A stretch of 64,000 nt of DNA, from positions 1,440,001 through 1,504,000 of the forward strand of contig OZ242376.1 of the NCBI GenBank assembly GCA_965209085.1. Direction: 5' to 3'. Both the position numbers and the translations under genes were made by a program. Origin of the DNA: Nitrosopumilaceae archaeon. GTDB lineage: Archaea; Thermoproteota; Nitrososphaeria; Nitrososphaerales; Nitrosopumilaceae. Below the pieces are notes generated by a model that did not search any database, was not told the origin of the DNA, and saw only the letters and a list, made by a program, of their open reading frames with translations. Within the stretch, counting starts at the first letter, position 1. Every line of letters starts with the position of its first letter. Shown piece after piece: positions 61,801 through 64,000 of the stretch.

Positions 61801-63999
61801 TAGTGTATCATAGTCGGATGCATTTGATGGGTTGTATGGGTCTGTAATGTTTATGATTTGGACACCAGCATCCGAAAAGCCTACCGCCAAGGCATAAACT
61901 GATGCACCGATTGTTACGGTGGTGATGTCATGTGCGCCTGCTAGTTCAAAATAACCATCCACATTATCGGTGAGGTGTGATACAGGTAAGGGGTTGTGAG
62001 GGTTTGTAACGTTTATGATTTGGACGCCATGTGCAGGATGGCTCGATGCAAACAGTGCAAAAGTTGAGGCACCTATTGTTACGGTTGTAACGCTTTGTGC
62101 ATTGTATAGTCGCGGATAGTCTGTGCCGTTTACAAGTGTTGCAATAACAGATGGGGATGCAGGTGAGCTGATGTCGATTATACTAGTAGCACTGGTACCA
62201 CCTGCAGCTATGGCATATGGGATATTATCTATTGTAAAGATGGATGTTTTGTATGCAGATGTGAAAGAGGCATTAGTATATACTATACTAGGTAATGCAG
62301 GATTTGTAATGTCTGCAATAATCCATGCTCCGGTAGATCCTCGCGTTAACAAAGCATATGTTTTATCACTTGTTTCAAACAGATTGATGCTTCTAGTAAT
62401 TATATTGGCTGAAAAATCAGTACCTGTTGTTAGTGTTCCACTCGGAGAGTGGATAAATTTAGATACAATTTCAAGCGGTGATGCATCCTGTACGCGTACA
62501 GTACGGGATATAGTGTTACCTGGATTTCCTGCAGGATCAACAGGTGCAGTATAAGTGAGGGTATAGTTGCCAGCTGTTGCAATATTTACAGTGCCGGCTC
62601 CGGGTACTTGTACGCTACCTGTTGCATATGATGCATCAGTTGCTGTGGCATTTGGATCCGTATAGGAGGAATTTGTTACAATGCGAGTGTTGTTTGCACC
62701 GTTTAATGTTATACTAGGTGCAGTTGTATCTATGGCAATATTTGATCCGCTCAGATTTGTATCTGTAAATATTTTATATGCAAGATTATCCGCGTTGGAT
62801 GCGTTAATTGAAAATGTGACGCTGTCAGTATCAGTAAAGGCTCCATCAACTGTTACCGTAGCTGATGCATTATTGCCGATGGCAATATATGTGACAGAAT
62901 TGCCTGCAATTACTCCTGTAACATTACCAATCGTGCCGTTTGCAGCAAGCGTTACTGTAATCACATCTCCGTCTTTGGCAAAAGAGGTGTTTACATTGTT
63001 GTTTGATTCAATTGTCAGCGAATTCAGACCCAGAGGTTTTGCAAATACTGTAACTGTTCTAGTTTGTTGATCCGGCTCGTTACCTGCAACATCCGCAGTG
63101 CCAGTATATGTAATGTTTTGTGGGCCAAGTATCGTGGTGTTTAATGACGTGGCAGATACTAAACCCGCATATGAGGCATTGCCACTATCGGATATTGCAG
63201 TACCCGGTTCCAGATATGCATCTCCCTGGAGTACAGAATCTGCGCCATCAGTCAAAACAATTACGGGTTTTATCGTATCTATTGTGACAAACGAGCTGTC
63301 TGTGATGTTAGCATTTGTTACTGATATTTGGTTGCCACTAGAGTTTGTCACGGTAATTGAAAACGCAGCATTTCCATCATCGCCGGATACGACAGTGGCA
63401 GTAAATTCAACAGAGCCGCCGGTTGTATCATTTACCAACGCTCTTCCAAGCAATGTTCCAGTGATATTGCCCAAATCGGAACCATCCGTGGCAAGTGTGA
63501 GTGTTATGATTTTGCCTGCATTTGCAAAATTGTTTCCAGAATTGCTTGCAATACTCAACGAGGTAATGGATATTGGGTCAGCATCCACTATTCGGACGAT
63601 TCGGGTTGTGCTAGATCCTGGATTTCCTGCAGAATCATCATTTGCCGTATACGTGTATTCGTAGATTGCACCAAGTATTGCAGTACCAAATGTGCCGTTT
63701 ATGGTGGTGGTATAAGTGCCCGAATAGTTTGGATCACCATCTCTTGCATTGGCACCTGGATCTGTATATGTGCTGTTTAAAACTATGCCACTGTCTGCAG
63801 ATCCTATCAGGGTTATGCTTGGAGGTATGGTGTCGACAAATACGTTGGAACTGGTTAGATCATCTTCTGTAACAGTCAGGGTTGTTCCGTTGATGTTTGT
63901 AACAGTAATGGTAAATGTAGCGTTTGATTCGGTTGCATTATTTGGAGTATTTAAACTTGTAATGAGTGAATTTCCGTTATCAACAAAGAAAGAATCTGG
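49807..63999 (-). CDS. giant repetitive surface protein/adhesin (>4,700 aa, 5' end outside the window) with DUF5011-like Ig repeats and two LVIVD-like beta-propellers
   Basis: The frame stays open from 63588 to the window edge (manual translation, no stop). Repeated DT.(A/K)P.I.L.G...Y.DPGA.(A/V).D...YT..Y.A..D.AGN...TRTV.V units; propeller blades of the form GIQIINITDPYNP. Confidence 0.9.
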   Translation of the reverse strand, partial: PDSFFVDNGNSLITSLNTPNNATESNATFTITVTNINGTTLTVTEDDLTSSNVFVDTIPPSITLIGSADSGIVLNSTYTDPGANARDGDPNYSGTYTTTINGTFGTAILGAIYEYTYTANDDSAGNPGSSTTRIVRIVDADPISITSLSIASNSGNNFANAGKIITLTLATDGSDLGNITGTLLGRALVNDTTGGSVEFTATVVSGDDGNAAFSITVTNSSGNQISVTNANITDSSFVTIDTIKPVIVLTDGADSVLQGDAYLEPGTAISDSGNASYAGLVSATSLNTTILGPQNITYTGTADVAGNEPDQQTRTVTVFAKPLGLNSLTIESNNNVNTSFAKDGDVITVTLAANGTIGNVTGVIAGNSVTYIAIGNNASATVTVDGAFTDTDSVTFSINASNADNLAYKIFTDTNLSGSNIAIDTTAPSITLNGANNTRIVTNSSYTDPNATATDASYATGSVQVPGAGTVNIATAGNYTLTYTAPVDPAGNPGNTISRTVRVQDASPLEIVSKFIHSPSGTLTTGTDFSANIITRSINLFETSDKTYALLTRGSTGAWIIADITNPALPSIVYTNASFTSAYKTSIFTIDNIPYAIAAGGTSATSIIDISSPASPSVIATLVNGTDYPRLYNAQSVTTVTIGASTFALFASSHPAHGVQIINVTNPHNPLPVSHLTDNVDGYFELAGAHDITTVTIGASVYALAVGFSDAGVQIINITDPYNPSNASDYDTLRGPISITTVTVGSSVYALVASLYDDDIEIINITDPYNPLHASSVTDGIGDYDTLDAPYGITTVTIGSSVYALAPSSFDDGIQIIDITDPYNPKPASSIVDNTGGYTNLDDPRAVITATINGTTYAFIASNVDGLQIIKLESPPPINITSNNTNPAYAKTGDTLTVKFTVNDTISSHTSQILGLTPNVTLDGANYSATLTVPSVQTESYATFAIQVSNADGATLSVTENDVPLASNVFIDTIGPRISLIGTSSFTVILNSTDPFIPGAIITDEDPNYPDTFTITINGTLDTSVINSTVTYTYTAATDGAGNAGSSVTRTVTVVEAEPITINSLTIASSSGTNYANAGKNITVTLATDGSDLGNFTGTLLGRALVNDTNGGSAEFTATVVPGDDGNAAFSITVTNSSGNQISITTTDTTDGSFVTIDTIKPVIALTGGNDSVLQGETYQDPGTTVSDSNNASYAGPVSASSIDTSTLGAKTITYTGTADAAGNVPDSINRTITVLAKPLGLNSLTIESNNNVNTSFAKGGDVITVTLVANGTIGNVTGVIAGNSATYTVTGNNASATVTVDGTFADTASVTFSINASNADNLAYKIFTDANLNGSNIAIDTTAPSITLNGANNTLVFTNSTYVDKNATASDASYATGSVQVSGVGNVNTAIVGNYTLTYTAPVDPAGNIGPVITRTVTVQDAPPINVNSLSIVSDSGNNYANTGKTVTVTLVTDGTNLNSLTGILLGRSFTNTTTGGSATFTGTVQSGDDGDATFSITATNSSGNKITLTNSDITDSSYIIIDTIKPVIALTGGNDSVLQGETYQDPGTTVSDDGNASYAGSVSASSINTSTLGAKTITYTGTADAAGNEPDQITRTVTVFAKPLGLNSLTIESNNNVNTSFAKDGDVITVTLAANGTIGNVTGVIAGNSVTYTATGDSASATVTVNGTFTDTASVTFSINASNADNLAYKIFTDTNLTGSNIAIDTTAPSITLNGANNTIVIRNQPYEDPNATASDASYATGSVQVSGAGNVDTTTNAIYTLTYTAPDDPAGNIGPVITRTVTVQDVPPINVNSLSIASNSGNNYANESKTVTVTLVTDGTNLNSLTGVLLGRSFTNITTGGSATFTGTVQSGDDGDATFSITATNSSGNKITLTNSDITDSSYIIIDTIKPVIALTGGNDSVLQGETYQDPGTTVSDDGNASYAGSVSASSINTSTLGAKTITYTSTADAAGNEPDQQTRTVTVLAKPLGLNSLTIESNNNVNTSFAKDGDVITVTLVANGTIGNVTGVIAGNSVTYTATGDSALATVTVNGTFTDTASVTFSINASNADNLAYKIFTDANLNGSNIAIDTTAPSITLNGANNTLVFTNSTYVDKNATASDASYATGSVQVSGAGNVDITIADNYTLTYTAPDDPAGNIGPVITRTVTVQDAPPINVNSLSIVSDSGNNYANTGKTVTVTLVTDGTNLNSLTGILLGRSFTNTTTGGSATFTGTVQSGDDGDATFSITATNSSGNKITLTNSDITDSSSIIIDTIKPVIALTGGNDSVLQGETYQDPGTTVSDDGNASYAGSVSASSIDTSTLGAKTITYTGTADAAGNEPDQITRTVAVLAKPLGLNSLTIESNNNVNTSFAKDGDVITVTLAANGTIGNVTGVIAGNSVTYTATGDSASATVTVNGTFTDTASVTFSINASNADNLAYKIFTDTNLTGSNIAIDTTAPSITLNGANNTIVIRNQPYEDPNATASDASYATGSVQVSGAGNVDTTTNAIYTLTYTAPDDPAGNIGPVITRTVTVQDVPPINVNSLSIASNSGNNYANESKTVTVTLVTDGTNLNSLTGVLLGRSFTNTTTGGSATFTGTVQSGDDGDATFSITATNSSGNKITLTNSDITDSSSVTIDTIKPVIVLTGGAGSVFQGETYQDPGTTISDSNNASYAGSVSNTSLNTAILGPQNITYTGTADAAGNEPDQQTRTVTVFAKPLGLNSLTIESNNVNTSFAKDGDVITVTLATNGTIDYIVGTIANNPVAYTVTGNNASATVTVAGTFVDTASVTFSITAYNEDNSTFTTFTNRDLTGSNIAIDTTAPSITLNGENNTRVATNSPYTDPGATATDASYATSSVQVSGAGNVNTAIVGNYTLTYTAPDDPAGNTGSTITRNVIVQDTLPIGITEFTITSFNTNKSYAKAGDRLDLELTVNYTIITYTGQILNTDPDTQFISSGNDRQLFADLDTPNNATESNATFTFTVTNINGTTLTVTEDNLTGPNVFVDTISPNITLIGSADSGIVLDSPYTDPGATVKDGDPNYSGTYDTAINGTFSTAILGAIYEYTYTAHDDNAGNPGASTTRIVRIVDVDPINVTSLSIASNSGNNYANAGKIITLTLATDGSDLGNFTGTLLGRSFTNTTNGGNATFTVTVQLNDTNENATFSITVTNSSGNQISISNIDIKDGSYVTIDTIKPEISLRGTENITLARGANFIDLGAIASDASYENIIVYSSDTVNTNTIGTYTLNYTAPADGAGNPGNTISRTVNVLNVAQLALETKLIHSPSGTLTKGTNFSTDITTDNVNLFETSGKTYALLARGTTGAWIIADVTNPALPSIVFSNITFVPAFKTSIFTIDNTPYAIAAGGTAITRITDISSPTSPSVTAKLVNGTDYPRLYNALGVTTVTIGASTFALFASGNPSNGVQIIDVTNPYNPSPVSYLTDDTDGYFELGYALDITTVTIGASVYALAIGAVDDGVQIINITNPYNPSNASSVTDGIDGYDTLDGPNSITTVTVGSSVYALVASYNDDGIQIINITDPYNPLPASSVTDGIDGYDTLDGPNSITTVTVGSSVYALVASRFDDGIQIIDITDPYNPKPAYSLMDNTGGYTNLDDPRDVITATINGKIYAFIASNAEGLQIIKLESTPSTVNITSNNANLAYAKTGDTLTVQFTVNNIISSHTSQILGLTPSVTLNGANYSATITVPPVQTESYATFAIQVVNAEGTTLFVTESIISQSNNIFIDTIAPEISLIGSKNHNILQNNNASSIPNVTVTDGDPNYAGTFNIATNATLDTSVLGSVVLYTYTANPDGAGNAGPSVTRTVTVVDFEPITINSLTIASSSGTNYANAGKNITVTLATDSSDLDNTNGTLLGRSLSSTITGGSAEFIATVVSGDDGDAAFSITVTNSTGGQISVTNADITDSSYVTIDTIAPEITLIGNNNTIQILGYTFTDPGANATDASYATGSVKVSGDGTVDIATAGNYTLTYTAPDDPAGNTGPTITRNVIVQDTPPIIINTLTLTSDNQNTQYAKAGDTLTLMLVINDTITSDTVTIQNGPLTTNSSSGSTLTATRIIPTSAIESNATFIITVTNANGATLIVTHDDLTGSNVFVDTIPPTITLDLPKFITIGEQPQVITGTVTDGDPNYNFTIPTCDTTHVNNETAHVYPVTCTANDDNAGNPGSSATTYIDVRNVNGTTILNSSHIDSNTPIVQNPDGIIMAQIHNDGLINPDNRLKLHASTLELNTSAVTSNTTSGSTVTHTTTYPHPLDLMVNLKITAKIERNTTMTFNTNNSNPGNFTIHEIIDNHNDDAIRFGFDNISYTLTGNALELTFSGIRSSFEAFVRNGTFDSYDTINRYSGTIDDASSALTVINGNASFSGVLYTYDSTARTVTIWTSHLSDFKVNTTSSGGSDSDSDSNAPTLGKTSSGAQLVTNGFEYNGLTVNVGRYHTEFPLIGTNVGDMNTIKMKIYDSAGPAGIKRVEVALGVPDVGLYHEAEAFVEVWMQKDSIAVKEIVIVDKLNLLEDSDVSSTVSQISCTGDVQQCLLVELKYSYREPPIYNTVSIKPVDWDNNAHQFYFNDGIHVDGDSINLPKEIDISTSHATGISNTVETLHLVQIDRAEHLWVDQYGYQWMIIGNTVRQITTPEYVVPDDNTYGTLHGPDRNHPDFASTVYAEQKRAQETLAGILGHATIIKPLPENGGTIYFDATGTDSRKGDSFKLVLELETARMQQLSNLLYDDTK
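55500..60800 (-). repeat. 1,098-bp tandem repeat with a 2,196-bp higher-order period inside the giant gene
   Basis: Matching sequence landmarks at 57197/58295/59393/60491 (spacing 1,098) and at 56639/58835 and 57620/59816 (spacing 2,196). Confidence 0.9.
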
Positions 64000-64000
64000 A

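Noticed and set aside
63586-63588. ORF-track start of the giant protein at GTG 63588
   Set aside because: The frame remains open and repeat-like to the window edge and there is no signal peptide here, so the true start lies outside the window.
49847-63872. Many plus-strand ORFs antisense to the giant gene
   Set aside because: Shadow ORFs caused by biased codon usage; they repeat with the same periodicity as the sense gene.

Overview
Chromosomal window from an ammonia-oxidising archaeon (Nitrososphaerota/Thaumarchaeota, Nitrosopumilaceae-like). This placement is inferred from gene content: Rpo10, TBP, thermosome, GatD, PriS/PriL, L44e/S27e, tetraether synthase and a cupredoxin. Bases 1-49756 are mostly core genes: primase, rpo10-eno-rps2-mvk-ipk-idi-GGPPS-gltX, a late cobalamin operon, asd, lysC, mtnA, ilvE, tes, gatD and three intron-less tRNAs (Leu-GAG, Thr-TGT, Val-TAC). 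Accessory DNA comprises an eroded IS66-family element with visible terminal inverted repeats (TIRs), a divergent hicB/hicA-like pair next to tRNA-Thr, an IS5-like transposase pseudogene, and two inverted copies of a 78-bp MITE with IS66-like ends that bracket a trmB-dtxR regulator pair beside tes. A DEAD-box helicase carries seven 63-bp Arg/Gly-rich tandem repeats. The last 14.2 kb is the 3' part of a giant (>4,700 aa) repeat-built surface protein that runs off the window. All calls come from motif recognition by eye; no searches were run.
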